A DNA stretch of 64,000 nucleotides from a virus. The position numbers were made by a program, and so were the translations under genes. The notes under the pieces are model-generated. The model saw only the letters and a program-made list of their open reading frames with translations. It did not search any database and was not told the DNA's origin. The stretch lies in IMG/VR virus record IMGVR_UViG_3300042691_047309, positions 1-64,000 of that record. One strand, given 5' to 3'. Every line of letters starts with the position of its first letter. The stretch's first letter is position 1. Shown here one piece after another: positions 7,070 to 18,064 of the stretch.

Positions 7070-7476
7070 TAAATAAGTGGTTTAAAATAAATGATGATAA
7101 CTTTACTGCTAAAGATATATCTATTCAATTTTCTATTGATACTGCTAATAATACTTTTGGATATGCAAAAATAGTTAATAGTGGACACCAAACAATAGAT
7201 ATAACTATATCAGTAGATTATAATCAAAATAATAAAGATTACTTTTTTAATCTTTTTGATAAAAGAAATCAGATGTTATCTGCTTCTGATTATAAGTTTA
7301 ATATATCATCTGCTGAATTTGTTGCAAATGGCTGTATAATAAGATCGATAACTTCTGATCCAACTACAAACTTAATTTTGATGGATATAAGAAGTGATTA
7401 TTCAAGTGTCAAACCAATAGATGAGAGAAGAGACGAAATAATAGATGAAATATTAAATGAAACTTCTAAAAAATAA
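7066..7476 (+). CDS. hypothetical protein with C-terminal tag
   Basis: Ends RRDEIIDEILNETSKK. Confidence 0.6.
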   Translation: MINKWFKINDDNFTAKDISIQFSIDTANNTFGYAKIVNSGHQTIDITISVDYNQNNKDYFFNLFDKRNQMLSASDYKFNISSAEFVANGCIIRSITSDPTTNLILMDIRSDYSSVKPIDERRDEIIDEILNETSKK

Positions 7477-7501
7477 AAACATATAATAAAAAAATATAAC
7501 T

Positions 7502-9619
7502 ATGATGAATAACAAACAAAATTTAGAGGGTAAAGATTATACATCACCTGATATTAAAATGGCATTAGAAGATGATGAGGATGATGATAGAGGATTTGGT
7601 TCAAAAAAATCAGAATCTAAATCCAAAACCCCAGTTTTAGATACATATAGCCGAGATTTAACTAAAATGGCAGAAGAAGGAAGACTTGATCCAATCGTTG
7701 GTAGAGAAAAAGAGATTGAAAGAGTTTCACAAATCTTATCACGTAGAAAGAAAAATAATCCTATTCTTATTGGTGATCCTGGTGTTGGTAAATCTTCAAT
7801 TGCTGAAGGCTTGGCACTTAGAATAGTACAAAGAAAAGTTTCAAGACTACTCTTTAATAAAAGAGTTGTTATGCTTGACTTAGCTTCTATGGTTGCTGGT
7901 ACTAAATATCGTGGTCAATTCGAAGAGCGTATAAAAGCACTTATGGCTGAATTAGAAAAAGAACCAGATGTTATTCTTTTTATTGATGAGATTCACACAA
8001 TTATCGGAGCAGGTGGTGCTTCTGGATCACTTGATGCCTCTAATATGTTGAAACCCGCACTTGCTCGTGGTGAAATTCAAATCATTGGTGCTACTACACT
8101 CGATGAGTATAGAAAACATATTGAAAAAGACGGAGCTCTTGAAAGACGTTTTCAAAAAGTTCAAGTTGAGCCGGCTACAGTTGAAGAAAGTATGCAAATT
8201 CTTAATAATATCAAAGATAGATATGAACAACACCATAATGTTAATTATACAGAAGATGCTATCAAAGCTTGTGTTGATTTGACAAATAGATATCTTACTG
8301 ATAGACATTTACCAGATAAGGCAATTGATGCACTTGATGAGGTAGGGGCTAGAGTTCATATTTCAAATATTAATGTTCCGAAGGAAATTACAGATATTGA
8401 AAAAAAGATTGTGGAAATCAAAGAAAAAAAGAATGATGTAATTCGTTCTCAAAAGTATGAAGAAGCTGCAAAATTAAGAGATGTTGAAAGACAACTTACT
8501 ACTGATTTAGAAATTGCTAGAAAAAATTGGGAAGACGACCAAAAAAATCACAGACAAACAGTAAGTGAAGAAGATGTGGCTGAGGTAGTATCTATGATGT
8601 GTGGAATTCCTCTTCAGAAAGTTTCTCAAAATGAAAACGAGAAACTATCTAAAATGGGTAACGAAATTACTGGTAAAGTAATTGGACAAGACGACGCTGT
8701 TAAGAAAGTTGTTAAAGCTATTCAAAGAGGTCGAGTTGGATTGAAAGATCCTAACAAGCCAATCTTCAGTGGAATTTTAATTGGAAACTCCGGTGTTGGT
8801 AAAACTGAGTTAGCTAAACAAATTGCTAAATACTTGTTTGACTCAGAAGATTCTCTTATTAGATTAGATATGTCTGAGTATATGGAAAAAATATCTTTGA
8901 CTAGAATTCAAGGTTCGGCTCCTGGATATGTTGGATATGACGATGCTAACGTTCTTGATAAAATAAGAAGAAAGCCTTATTCAGTAGTTCTTTTTGATGA
9001 AATTGAAAAAGCTCATTCTGATATATTCAACCTATTCTTACAAATGTTAGACGATGGTCATATGACTGACTCACATGGTAGAAAAGTAAGTTTCAAAAAC
9101 TGTGTCATTCTTATGACATCTAATGTTGGAACTAAGATTGTTAAGGATTTTGGATCAGGTGTTGGATTCTCAACTAAAGCTAAAAAGGAAAACTCTGATG
9201 AACAAATCAAAGGTATTCTTGAAAAAGAGTTGAAAAAGAAATTTGCACCAGAGTTTATTAATCGTTTAGATGAAATAATTTATTTTAAAGATTTAGGTAA
9301 AGATGAGATTCTTAAAATTGTGGATTTAGAATTAAATAAAACAATTTCAAGAGCTACAGAAATCGGTTATACATTACAAGTAACTGATAAAACCAAAGAA
9401 CATCTGGTTGAAGTAGGATATGATCCTCAATTTGGAGCTAGACCTTTGAAAAGAGCTATTCAAAAATGGATTGATGATTATGTAACTGAATATATCATCG
9501 ATAATAATCCAAAACAGGGAACTGAAATTACAGTTGATTATGATTCTGATAAAGATGAATCTGTAGTAATTGTACCAAAGAAATCTTCAACTCGAAAAAA
9601 GAAAAAATCTGAAGAGTAA
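7502..9619 (+). CDS. clpC: ClpC-type Hsp100 AAA+ ATPase lacking the N-terminal Clp-repeat domain
   Basis: Two Walker A (GDPGVGKS, GNSGVGKT), KYRGQFEER pore loop, UVR coiled coil, VGF ClpP-docking loop, GARPL. Confidence 0.9.
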   Translation: MMNNKQNLEGKDYTSPDIKMALEDDEDDDRGFGSKKSESKSKTPVLDTYSRDLTKMAEEGRLDPIVGREKEIERVSQILSRRKKNNPILIGDPGVGKSSIAEGLALRIVQRKVSRLLFNKRVVMLDLASMVAGTKYRGQFEERIKALMAELEKEPDVILFIDEIHTIIGAGGASGSLDASNMLKPALARGEIQIIGATTLDEYRKHIEKDGALERRFQKVQVEPATVEESMQILNNIKDRYEQHHNVNYTEDAIKACVDLTNRYLTDRHLPDKAIDALDEVGARVHISNINVPKEITDIEKKIVEIKEKKNDVIRSQKYEEAAKLRDVERQLTTDLEIARKNWEDDQKNHRQTVSEEDVAEVVSMMCGIPLQKVSQNENEKLSKMGNEITGKVIGQDDAVKKVVKAIQRGRVGLKDPNKPIFSGILIGNSGVGKTELAKQIAKYLFDSEDSLIRLDMSEYMEKISLTRIQGSAPGYVGYDDANVLDKIRRKPYSVVLFDEIEKAHSDIFNLFLQMLDDGHMTDSHGRKVSFKNCVILMTSNVGTKIVKDFGSGVGFSTKAKKENSDEQIKGILEKELKKKFAPEFINRLDEIIYFKDLGKDEILKIVDLELNKTISRATEIGYTLQVTDKTKEHLVEVGYDPQFGARPLKRAIQKWIDDYVTEYIIDNNPKQGTEITVDYDSDKDESVVIVPKKSSTRKKKKSEE

Positions 9620-9623
9620 AATT

Positions 9624-9656
9624 GAAAGAGAGAGAGTAACTTCTCTCTTTTTTTTT
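9624..9656 (+). terminator. intrinsic terminator
   Basis: AGAGAGA/TCTCTCT stem followed by a T-run after clpC. Confidence 0.7.
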
Positions 9657-9668
9657 ATATAATATTTT

Positions 9669-10061
9669 GTGGGAAACTGGAAAAGCGAACAAAATATAAA
9701 TTATTTTTTAGAGAATAGCTTCAGAGAATTGGCTCAGGATTTCTTAGATAAAGGATATGATTTTTATGTTGATGGATTCACATCTCAACCAATTTTCGGC
9801 ATCAATGTTATTAAAAAAGATGAAGATATAAATTGGGTTTTAGAAACTGTGAGTTTGCAGTGTCAAATAATTGGATTTGAAAACTATAAAGAAATGATTT
9901 CTATTTTAGAAGAAAAAGGTAAAGACAATTATGTTTTTATGTATGCTATAATGCCATTCCAAATGAGAATTGCTACTGTATCTTCAGAATACGATATACC
10001 AAACACAAGTAGAAAAGTGAGAATAAGAGAACAAAAAATAAACCAATTATTAAATGATTAA
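9669..10061 (+). CDS. hypothetical protein with C-terminal tag
   Basis: GTG start; ends IREQKINQLLND. Confidence 0.6.
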   Translation: MGNWKSEQNINYFLENSFRELAQDFLDKGYDFYVDGFTSQPIFGINVIKKDEDINWVLETVSLQCQIIGFENYKEMISILEEKGKDNYVFMYAIMPFQMRIATVSSEYDIPNTSRKVRIREQKINQLLND

Positions 10062-10338
10062 TAAAATTTTTCAATTTATAGAAGGCCACTTAAAAATGTT
10101 TGGTGATAAATTCGATTTATTACCTGAACATCAAAAAGAACAATTTCTTTTTCGTGTTAGTATATGTAAAGATGATTGTCTTAAAGATAAAGTTTGTAAG
10201 TATTGTGGGTGTATGGTTCCTGAAAAACTTTACGTTTGGCAATCTTGTAATAATGGTCAAAGATTTCCTGATATGATGGAAGAAGACGAATGGGAAACTT
10301 ATAAAGAAGAAAATAATATAAAAATAGAAATTAATTAA
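10054..10338 (+). CDS. small Cys-rich putative metal-binding protein
   Basis: C-x3-C, CKYCGC and a further Cys. Confidence 0.65.
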   Translation: MINKIFQFIEGHLKMFGDKFDLLPEHQKEQFLFRVSICKDDCLKDKVCKYCGCMVPEKLYVWQSCNNGQRFPDMMEEDEWETYKEENNIKIEIN

Positions 10339-11259
10339 ATGAATAAAGATTCTAAAATTTTTATTGCAGGTCACAATGGAATGGTTGGCTCTGCTTTAGT
10401 AAGAAAACTAAAAGACTTAGGTTATACAAACCTTCTACTTAAAACAAGAAAAGAGTTGGATTTGACTAATCAATTTCAAGTCAATCAATTTTTTCATTTC
10501 GAAAAACCAGAATATGTTTTTTTAGCAGCTGCTAGAGTTGGCGGAATAAAAGCAAATGACCAATTTAGAGCTGAGTTTATTTATCAAAATTTGATGATTC
10601 AGTCTAATATAATTAAGGCTTCTTATGATAATAAAGTCAAAAAACTATTATTTTTAGGCTCTTCTTGTATTTATCCTAAAATGTGTCCTCAACCAATCAA
10701 AGAAGAATACTTATTGACTGGTCCTTTAGAAACATCTAATGATGCCTATGCGGTTGCTAAAATTGCAGGAATCAAAATGTGCCAAGATTTTAATAAACAA
10801 TTTGGAACTAATTATATTTCTGTTATGCCAACTAATCTTTTTGGCCCGAATGATAATTACGACTTAAATAATTCTCACGTACTTCCTGCTTTAATTAGAA
10901 AGTTTCACGAGGCTAAGATAAATTGTAGTGATTTAGTTGAAATCTGGGGAACAGGTTCTCCGATGAGAGAATTTCTTTATGTAGATGATTTGGCAGATGC
11001 ATGTCACTATTTGATGTTAAATCATAACGGTTCTGACATTGTAAATGTTGGTACTGGAAAAGATATAACTATCAAAGATTTAGCATACACCATAAAAGAA
11101 GTAGTTGGATTTGAAGGTGATATCTACTTTAATACTGAAATGCCAGACGGTACCCCAAGAAAGCTTTTAGATGTAACAAAACTAAAAGAAATAGGTTGGG
11201 AATATAAAACTTCTTTAAGAGAGGGAATCAAAAAAACTTATTTAGATTATGTCAAATAA
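10339..11259 (+). CDS. fcl: GDP-L-fucose synthase
   Basis: AGHNGMVGSA, LAAARVGGI, LGSSCIYP, YAVAK, SHVLPALIRKF, WGTGSPMREF. Confidence 0.95.
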   Translation: MNKDSKIFIAGHNGMVGSALVRKLKDLGYTNLLLKTRKELDLTNQFQVNQFFHFEKPEYVFLAAARVGGIKANDQFRAEFIYQNLMIQSNIIKASYDNKVKKLLFLGSSCIYPKMCPQPIKEEYLLTGPLETSNDAYAVAKIAGIKMCQDFNKQFGTNYISVMPTNLFGPNDNYDLNNSHVLPALIRKFHEAKINCSDLVEIWGTGSPMREFLYVDDLADACHYLMLNHNGSDIVNVGTGKDITIKDLAYTIKEVVGFEGDIYFNTEMPDGTPRKLLDVTKLKEIGWEYKTSLREGIKKTYLDYVK

Positions 11260-12292
11260 AATTGCACTTATATCCGGTATAACCGGGATGGATGGCTCAC
11301 ATTTAGCTGAGTTACTTTTAGAGAAAGAATATGAAGTCCATGGTATTATTAGAAGAACATCTACTTTCAATACTGATAGAATAGACCATATTTTTGATAA
11401 ATTAAAACTACATTATGGTGATGTTACAGATCCATTAGTTATTTCAAATTTAGTTTCAAAAATTCAACCAGATGAAGTTTACAATTTAGCTGCTCAATCT
11501 CATGTTAAAGTGAGCTTTGAGATTCCTTACTATACGGCACAAGTTGATGGACTTGGAACTTTAGCAATACTTGAGGCTGTAAAAAATCATTGTCCTAAAG
11601 CTAAAGTTTATCAAGCTTCTACATCTGAACTATATGGTGGAATGGATTATAATATGCCTTCCACTGGATATACCGAAACATCTCAAATGCATCCAAGAAG
11701 TCCTTACGGGGTTGCTAAACTATATGGTTTATGGATTACAAAAAATTATAGAGAGTCTTATGGCATGCACATAAGTAATGGAATACTTTTCAATCATGAA
11801 GGTGAGCGTAGAGGTGAAACTTTTGTTACTAGAAAAATAACAATGGCTCTTGCTAAAATTAAAAAATCAATCGATAATGGTGATGATTTTCAAACACTAA
11901 AATTAGGTAATTTGTATTCTAAAAGAGATTGGGGTTATGCTAAAGATTATGTTGAAGGAATGTGGTTAATGTTACAACAAGAAAATCCTGATGATTATGT
12001 ATTAGCCACTGGTGAAACACATACTGTTAAAGAATTTGTTGAACTCTCTTGTAAAGAATGTGGATGGAACATAAACTGGGTTGGAGATGGAATTGATGAA
12101 AGGGGAATATTAGATAACGGAATTACTATTGTTGAAATAGATGACAGATATTATAGACCAGCAGAAGTTGATACTCTGTTAGGTGATCCTACCAAAGCTA
12201 AAGAAGTTTTAGGATGGGAACCAAAAATTAAATTCGAACAATTAGTAAAATTGATGATAACAAGTGATTTAAAAAATATTAATTCAATATGA
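11249..12292 (+). CDS. gmd: GDP-mannose 4,6-dehydratase
   Basis: GITGMDGS, NLAAQSHVKVSF, QASTSELYG, PRSPYGVAK, FVTRKIT, RDWGYA. Confidence 0.95.
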   Translation: MSNKIALISGITGMDGSHLAELLLEKEYEVHGIIRRTSTFNTDRIDHIFDKLKLHYGDVTDPLVISNLVSKIQPDEVYNLAAQSHVKVSFEIPYYTAQVDGLGTLAILEAVKNHCPKAKVYQASTSELYGGMDYNMPSTGYTETSQMHPRSPYGVAKLYGLWITKNYRESYGMHISNGILFNHEGERRGETFVTRKITMALAKIKKSIDNGDDFQTLKLGNLYSKRDWGYAKDYVEGMWLMLQQENPDDYVLATGETHTVKEFVELSCKECGWNINWVGDGIDERGILDNGITIVEIDDRYYRPAEVDTLLGDPTKAKEVLGWEPKIKFEQLVKLMITSDLKNINSI

Positions 12293-12993
12293 TACATATA
12301 CTATGGTGTACTTTACGCCCACAACAGTTTAAACAAATGCACTCTGAATGGATATCTAGATCGGATAAACCCGAAGATATACAAACTTATGTTGCTGTAA
12401 ATTGGCAAGAACATGCAACTGAATTAAAAGAATATCTTTCTAAAAACTATTTGATTACTCTTAACACTAACAAAATTGGAGTTTGTTATCCATCTTATCA
12501 ACTATCATCAAGCTTAGGTGTCAAAATGGGCAAGTGTGAAGATAGTGACATTGTAATTTTCGCCTCTGATGATTTTATGGCACCTAAAGGATGGGACACA
12601 TACCTAAAAAATAAACTTGGAGGTAAAGGAGATGTAGGTCTTATGGTAAGAGATGGATATCAACTACCAGACTCTTCTAATATGTTACATGCTGCTATTA
12701 CAATTCCGATTATGACTTACGGTTGTCTTAAAAAATTGAATATGACAATTTATCACCCAGCTTATAATCATATGTTTTCTGATTGTGAATTATATAACAA
12801 TTTAAAAGAATTAGACTTACTATATGATGATAGACTAAATGACGAAACAGTCTTTGAACATTTACATTACGCAGCTGGTAAAAGACAAGCAGACGGAGCT
12901 GATCAGGCTTATAATTCAAAGTGGCAAGAAGATGATATAACCTGGAATAAAAGAAAAATCATGCCAGTGGAAAAAAGATTAGAAGTAGCTTAA
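12289..12993 (+). CDS. putative GT-A fold glycosyltransferase
   Basis: FASDDF acidic motif, YNHMFSD, EHLH; glycan-island context. Confidence 0.65.
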   Translation: MIHILWCTLRPQQFKQMHSEWISRSDKPEDIQTYVAVNWQEHATELKEYLSKNYLITLNTNKIGVCYPSYQLSSSLGVKMGKCEDSDIVIFASDDFMAPKGWDTYLKNKLGGKGDVGLMVRDGYQLPDSSNMLHAAITIPIMTYGCLKKLNMTIYHPAYNHMFSDCELYNNLKELDLLYDDRLNDETVFEHLHYAAGKRQADGADQAYNSKWQEDDITWNKRKIMPVEKRLEVA

Positions 12994-12996
12994 TGT

Positions 12997-13704
12997 ATGA
13001 AAGTATTCACAACACTAAATCCAAATAGTAATCATGAAGCTCAAACTGAAGCTATGAACTCTTGGATTTCTAAATATCAAGTTTATTCAGTGAATACTAC
13101 TGATGAGATAGAAAAGTTATCTCAAATTTATCCTGATATAAATTTTATTGAAACTGATATTGTATATGAGTATAATGATAAAAAACTCATCAAGCTAAAC
13201 TCAATTTTATCCGCAATAGAATCAACTTGTAATAATTGTGATGTTGCTATTATAAATTCCGATATCATCTTAAATAGTAAATTCAAAAAATCAATTTTTG
13301 ATAAAAAATATAAAGACGGATTGACTATCGTTACGAGATATGAAATAGACAATGAAGAAGTTTATCCATTTACAGCTGGTTATGATCTTTTTATTTTTAA
13401 TACAAAATTTTTACCAATTTTTAAAAATGATAACTATGTTATAGGAATGCCTTGGTGGGATTTTTGGATTCCACTTATTGCTATAAAATCTGGTATAAAA
13501 GTTTATCATATAAAAAATCAATTAATTTTTCACAGAACTCACCAAACAAATTATGATTCAGATATTTGGACTAAGTTTGGTGAATATTTATATAGAGATA
13601 TTATGGTTGGTCTATTAAAAAATCCTTTAAATATTTCAGTATATGATTTTTGTATTGGTGTAAAAAATTTTATTGAAAAAAAACAAATTAATATAAAATT
13701 ATGA
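12997..13704 (+). CDS. putative glycosyltransferase
   Basis: IINSDI, GYDLF, GMPWWDFW; context. Confidence 0.55.
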   Translation: MKVFTTLNPNSNHEAQTEAMNSWISKYQVYSVNTTDEIEKLSQIYPDINFIETDIVYEYNDKKLIKLNSILSAIESTCNNCDVAIINSDIILNSKFKKSIFDKKYKDGLTIVTRYEIDNEEVYPFTAGYDLFIFNTKFLPIFKNDNYVIGMPWWDFWIPLIAIKSGIKVYHIKNQLIFHRTHQTNYDSDIWTKFGEYLYRDIMVGLLKNPLNISVYDFCIGVKNFIEKKQINIKL

Positions 13705-14438
13705 AAATAGTATTTTTTACAACATCAACATTTTCAGACATACAAGAAGTACAAACCGCTTGTATCAGAAAGTTTTTTCCAGAGTCTCATCACGTTAAGT
13801 TTGATGGTAGAAGAGGTTGGTTTATGGTTTGGTATCAATGGTTAGATTTTGCAAAAACCTATGAAGCAGATTGGTATGTACATATCGATGAAGATTGCTT
13901 TATCACTTCAAAAGAAGAAATTGAAAATTTAATTCAATATATGACTGATAACGAATATGATATCGCAGGCCCACCAGATGGTCATTTTGAATACAGAAGT
14001 GGAAATCATATGGCTTTTAACTCATTTTTTATGATTATGAATAGAAAATGCATTGATAGTTGGAATAATAGAACAATTATTCCACAATTTAAAAGTGAAT
14101 GGATAGAAGAGTATCCATATGAAAAAAAGAATCACTCTCACTATGAATATAATATGGAATTTGGATCTTCAGGAAAACCACTTGGATCTATTTGGAAACC
14201 TGAGACAGAACCCTATTATGATTTTATGTGGGTTTTAAAAGAAGCTGGTCTAAAGTTTCATTATTTAGAACCAGTTTTTGGTGAAGAATTTCAAACAACA
14301 AATCTTTTGAATGAAACTATAATACACATGTGGCATCAAAGAGAGAGATGGATAGATAATATTGTTTCTCCTTTACACAAAATGTCGAATAAACAAAGAT
14401 TTGATGGTGTCATAGAAAAATTAAAACAAATACTGTGA
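13701..14438 (+). CDS. putative GT-A glycosyltransferase
   Basis: HIDEDCF DxD motif, HMWH. Confidence 0.6.
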   Translation: MKIVFFTTSTFSDIQEVQTACIRKFFPESHHVKFDGRRGWFMVWYQWLDFAKTYEADWYVHIDEDCFITSKEEIENLIQYMTDNEYDIAGPPDGHFEYRSGNHMAFNSFFMIMNRKCIDSWNNRTIIPQFKSEWIEEYPYEKKNHSHYEYNMEFGSSGKPLGSIWKPETEPYYDFMWVLKEAGLKFHYLEPVFGEEFQTTNLLNETIIHMWHQRERWIDNIVSPLHKMSNKQRFDGVIEKLKQIL

Positions 14439-15091
14439 CTGATATTTTTGTTTGCTTTCATGACACTATTCCTAATTATTCAGATAAAGTAACTTATTTG
14501 AAATTGAATACGCAGTATATCAATAGATATCAATATTCCAACATAATTAATCAACCGAATAATTTACAATGTACTCAACCTTATCTCTCAGAATTTACAG
14601 GATTTAAAATGATACAGGATTTAAATTTGACTGACTCTAATTGGATTGCTACTCTTCAATATGATCATATAATATCTGAATCTGACATTGAATTCATTGA
14701 TAATAATGATTGTATTTTATTGTTTAATCCTTTTGGAACTGGATTAAGTCCTTTAAGAGAACAAGGTTATACAATTGGTAATAAAAACTTTATTGACTTT
14801 GTATTAGAAAGATATAATCAATATTTTTCTACTGACTATAAAGATATAGATTTGCAAAATATCCCATTCCCAAGTTGTTCATCTTTAAAAATCTCAAAAC
14901 AACAATTTGATAAAATAATGAATTTTATTTTTTCTAATGAATTAAATGAAATTTTAAGTTTGGGTTCAAGTTTATATTTTATACACAGATGGCCAGCTCA
15001 CTTATTTGAAAGAATGTTTGCAATATCCGTTATGATAGAAATATTAGAAGGTTCGGAATATAAAATTTATCAAATAGAACATCATGCTTAA
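14435..15091 (+). CDS. putative glycosyltransferase (DUF4422-like)
   Basis: YLSEFTG, LQYD, HLFERMF; context. Confidence 0.45.
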   Translation: MTDIFVCFHDTIPNYSDKVTYLKLNTQYINRYQYSNIINQPNNLQCTQPYLSEFTGFKMIQDLNLTDSNWIATLQYDHIISESDIEFIDNNDCILLFNPFGTGLSPLREQGYTIGNKNFIDFVLERYNQYFSTDYKDIDLQNIPFPSCSSLKISKQQFDKIMNFIFSNELNEILSLGSSLYFIHRWPAHLFERMFAISVMIEILEGSEYKIYQIEHHA

Positions 15092-15800
15092 TAAACTAAT
15101 TACTTTTACTTTATGGGGAGATGCCAAAATTTATTGGTATGGAGCAAGTCGAAATATTGAATTAGCAACTAAATATTATCCAGATTGGACACTGAGGTTT
15201 TATATAGATTCTAAATCGAATAAGGAATTAATTGAATCTATACAGGGTAATAATGTTGAAGTTATTCTTATGGAGCCAAACAACGATTATGTTTTCAGTA
15301 ATCAAAATCATCGATTTAATCATTCTGGTCTTTTCTGGAGATTTTTAGCACTAAAAGATCCAAACGTTGATATTGTTCTTTCAAGAGATTGTGATTCTAG
15401 ATTCTCACAAAGAGAAGTCGATGCTGTTAATGAATGGTTAGATTCGGACAAAGACTTTCATATTATGAGGGACCATCCACATCATCAAGTTCCGATATTA
15501 ACTGGAATGTGGGGAGCGAGAAATAAAGTTCTAAAAAATATTGGAGATTATTTATCAGATTGGACTCAGTGGCCTCATAAAGGAAGATATCAAGCAGAAG
15601 ACCAAGATTTTTTAGGTCAAATAATTTATCCTTTAATAAAAGACAAATCTTTAGAGCATTCTGAATTTGGTATAAATTATGGTGGTGAAATAAAATGTTT
15701 TCCATCGAGTCGTAATGATTATGAATTTATAGGAGATGTCTTTGATGAAAATGAGAATAGACATCCAGAATACTGGCATTATATAAAAAATAGAAGTTAA
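15084..15800 (+). CDS. putative glycosyltransferase
   Basis: FTLWG, FWRF, SRDCDSR, HIMRDHPHH, GMWG, DQDFL. Confidence 0.65.
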   Translation: MLNKLITFTLWGDAKIYWYGASRNIELATKYYPDWTLRFYIDSKSNKELIESIQGNNVEVILMEPNNDYVFSNQNHRFNHSGLFWRFLALKDPNVDIVLSRDCDSRFSQREVDAVNEWLDSDKDFHIMRDHPHHQVPILTGMWGARNKVLKNIGDYLSDWTQWPHKGRYQAEDQDFLGQIIYPLIKDKSLEHSEFGINYGGEIKCFPSSRNDYEFIGDVFDENENRHPEYWHYIKNRS

Positions 15801-15803
15801 AAT

Positions 15804-16652
15804 ATGAAAATTGATAAAATTTTATTTGTAAGTGATTCAAATATAAACTATTTAAGTTTTTGGAACTCGGTTTCAAAATACTATAAAACACGTTTTGGTT
15901 TAGACTGTAAGTTATTTTTCTTAGGTGAAAAAAATGAAGAAAACGAACAATTTCTTTCGGAAGAGTGGGGAGAAGTTGAGGTAGTTAAGCCTATTGAAAA
16001 TGTTCCTATTATAATACAGTCACTGTGGGCTAAATTTTGGTTTACTCAAACTGAATTAGAAACGAATTGGTTAATTGGAGATATTGATCTTTATTTACTT
16101 AATAAGGATTATTTAGATTTTTGTATGTCTCAAATTCCAGATGGAAACTACGGACATATTAATGCAAATGGTTATAAAGATGGCAATTGGTGGGAAAGAC
16201 CACTTACTGGAATTCCTGGTTATTTTCACTGTGGTCCTGGTAAGAAGTTTAAAGAGTATCTTGAGTTATCAGATTCTTTTGAAGAGGACTGTCTTTATAT
16301 TTATAATTCTAAAAAATATGGTATTCTATATAACGGACTTATAAGAAGTGAAGAACAAGCTCCACAAAGAGTCAAAGATAAAAAAGATTATGGATTTATT
16401 TGTTGTGAGGAAAATCTTACAACCGAAAGATTGGCTAAGTATAAAGATGAAATTACATCAATAACATATCCAACTAATTTGGTTAGAGTTGAAACTCCAT
16501 ATGCTTTGCATGGATTAGCAACACCAGATGACTTTGATTTTAGTCAAATGTTTAATCCTGATTATAAATCACACTATATTGATTTTCATGCACCAAGACC
16601 TTATACAGTTTTTGGAGAAAGGATTGAAAAATTATTAAGTCATTATGAATAG
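15804..16652 (+). CDS. putative glycosyltransferase
   Basis: GDIDL DxD motif, IDFHAPRP. Confidence 0.55.
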   Translation: MKIDKILFVSDSNINYLSFWNSVSKYYKTRFGLDCKLFFLGEKNEENEQFLSEEWGEVEVVKPIENVPIIIQSLWAKFWFTQTELETNWLIGDIDLYLLNKDYLDFCMSQIPDGNYGHINANGYKDGNWWERPLTGIPGYFHCGPGKKFKEYLELSDSFEEDCLYIYNSKKYGILYNGLIRSEEQAPQRVKDKKDYGFICCEENLTTERLAKYKDEITSITYPTNLVRVETPYALHGLATPDDFDFSQMFNPDYKSHYIDFHAPRPYTVFGERIEKLLSHYE

Positions 16653-17454
16653 TATTTCTCAGTGGTGTGGAAGATTTGGAAATAATATTCAACAAATTTC
16701 AAACGCTATTTATTATTGCAAAGAAAAAGGTTTGAATTTTAACTCTCCTGATAATGAGTTGGTTAATTCATTTGGTCAAATATTTGGTGATAATAATTGT
16801 CACTCAGCACTTTATTTCTTTCATATACCAAGTAAATTAGGACACGGAAGACCAGATTTTGAAATCAACAATTTAGAAAGTTTGTTTAGTGAAAGAAGAG
16901 AAATTTGTCAAAAATATATTTATCCAAATCTGAAAATAAATTTTGAAAACATAATAGAATTACCAGAAGATACTGTAGTAATGCATATAAGAAGTGGTGA
17001 TATTTTTAGTAGAAGAAATTATTACTGTCCTGTAGTTTCAAACTATTTACAAAATCCTCTTTCCTACTATACTAAAATTGCTGAAAAATATAACCGTATA
17101 ATTGTATTAACTGAAGATTATAATAATCCAGTAATATCGGAATTAGAAAAAAATGAAAAGATAGAAATTAAAATATTAGATATAACTCAAACTATAGAGA
17201 TTATGCTAAGTGCAAAAAATATTGTCACATCAGGTGTCTCAAGTTTTGCAATAGCTTGTGTTTTATTATCTAAAAATATAAAAAAAATGTATTGTTCTAA
17301 TTTAGTTGTTGAAGAAATTTTAAATCAAAGAGATTTACAAGACACTAAAGTTGAAATCGAAGTTATTGGTATTGATACAGAGAGATATATTAGATGGAAC
17401 GAATGGTTAAATACAGATGAACAAAGAAAATTAATGTTAGAATATGTTTTATAG
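16645..17454 (+). CDS. GT11-like fucosyltransferase (divergent)
   Basis: GRFGNNIQQ, HIRSGD, SSF motifs. Confidence 0.65.
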   Translation: MNSISQWCGRFGNNIQQISNAIYYCKEKGLNFNSPDNELVNSFGQIFGDNNCHSALYFFHIPSKLGHGRPDFEINNLESLFSERREICQKYIYPNLKINFENIIELPEDTVVMHIRSGDIFSRRNYYCPVVSNYLQNPLSYYTKIAEKYNRIIVLTEDYNNPVISELEKNEKIEIKILDITQTIEIMLSAKNIVTSGVSSFAIACVLLSKNIKKMYCSNLVVEEILNQRDLQDTKVEIEVIGIDTERYIRWNEWLNTDEQRKLMLEYVL

Positions 17455-18064
17455 TCAGTCAGGAGAAGATAAAGTACTTTATGATAAGTACTTAAATTAT
17501 GAGAATGGATTTTTTATAGAATTAGGAGCTATGGATGGTTTGATGTACTCAAATAGCTTGTTCTTTGAAAAGAATCTAAATTGGAAAGGCGTGTTAATCG
17601 AGCCAACAAATCAATATGATAGACTTATAATTAATAGACCAAATTGTTACAATTTCAATTTTGCTATAACAAAAGAAGAAGGCGTTGTCAATTTTTTAGG
17701 AAATGGAGCTGTAGGCGGAGTTGTTGAAACAATGCCAGAAGGACATAGAGTGGGGAATCGAATTGGTAATAATGTTTATCAAGTTAAGTCTTCTCCTATT
17801 TCAAATTTATTGAAAGAGTTGAATATTGAAAGAGTTGATTTATTCTCAATAGATGTTGAGGGTGGTGAATTACAAGTTCTTGAAACATTTGATTGGAATA
17901 TTCCAGTATATATTGTTTTGATTGAAATGTCAAGATATGTTCCTGAAAAAGATGAGATGTGTAGAGATTTTTTAAGAGAAAAAGGATTTGAGTTAGATAC
18001 ATCATCAGTCATAAACTATGGATGTGAAGAAATATGGATAAATAAAAATAATGTAAGAAAATGA
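17444..18064 (+). CDS. FkbM-family methyltransferase
   Basis: SQSGED, FIELGAMDG, SNS, LIEP, IDVEGGE. Confidence 0.85.
   Translation: MFYSQSGEDKVLYDKYLNYENGFFIELGAMDGLMYSNSLFFEKNLNWKGVLIEPTNQYDRLIINRPNCYNFNFAITKEEGVVNFLGNGAVGGVVETMPEGHRVGNRIGNNVYQVKSSPISNLLKELNIERVDLFSIDVEGGELQVLETFDWNIPVYIVLIEMSRYVPEKDEMCRDFLREKGFELDTSSVINYGCEEIWINKNNVRK

Noticed and set aside
13701-16652. C-termini IEKLKQIL and ERIEKLL as C-tags
   Set aside because: They lack the Arg at the conserved spacing; likely ordinary terminal helices
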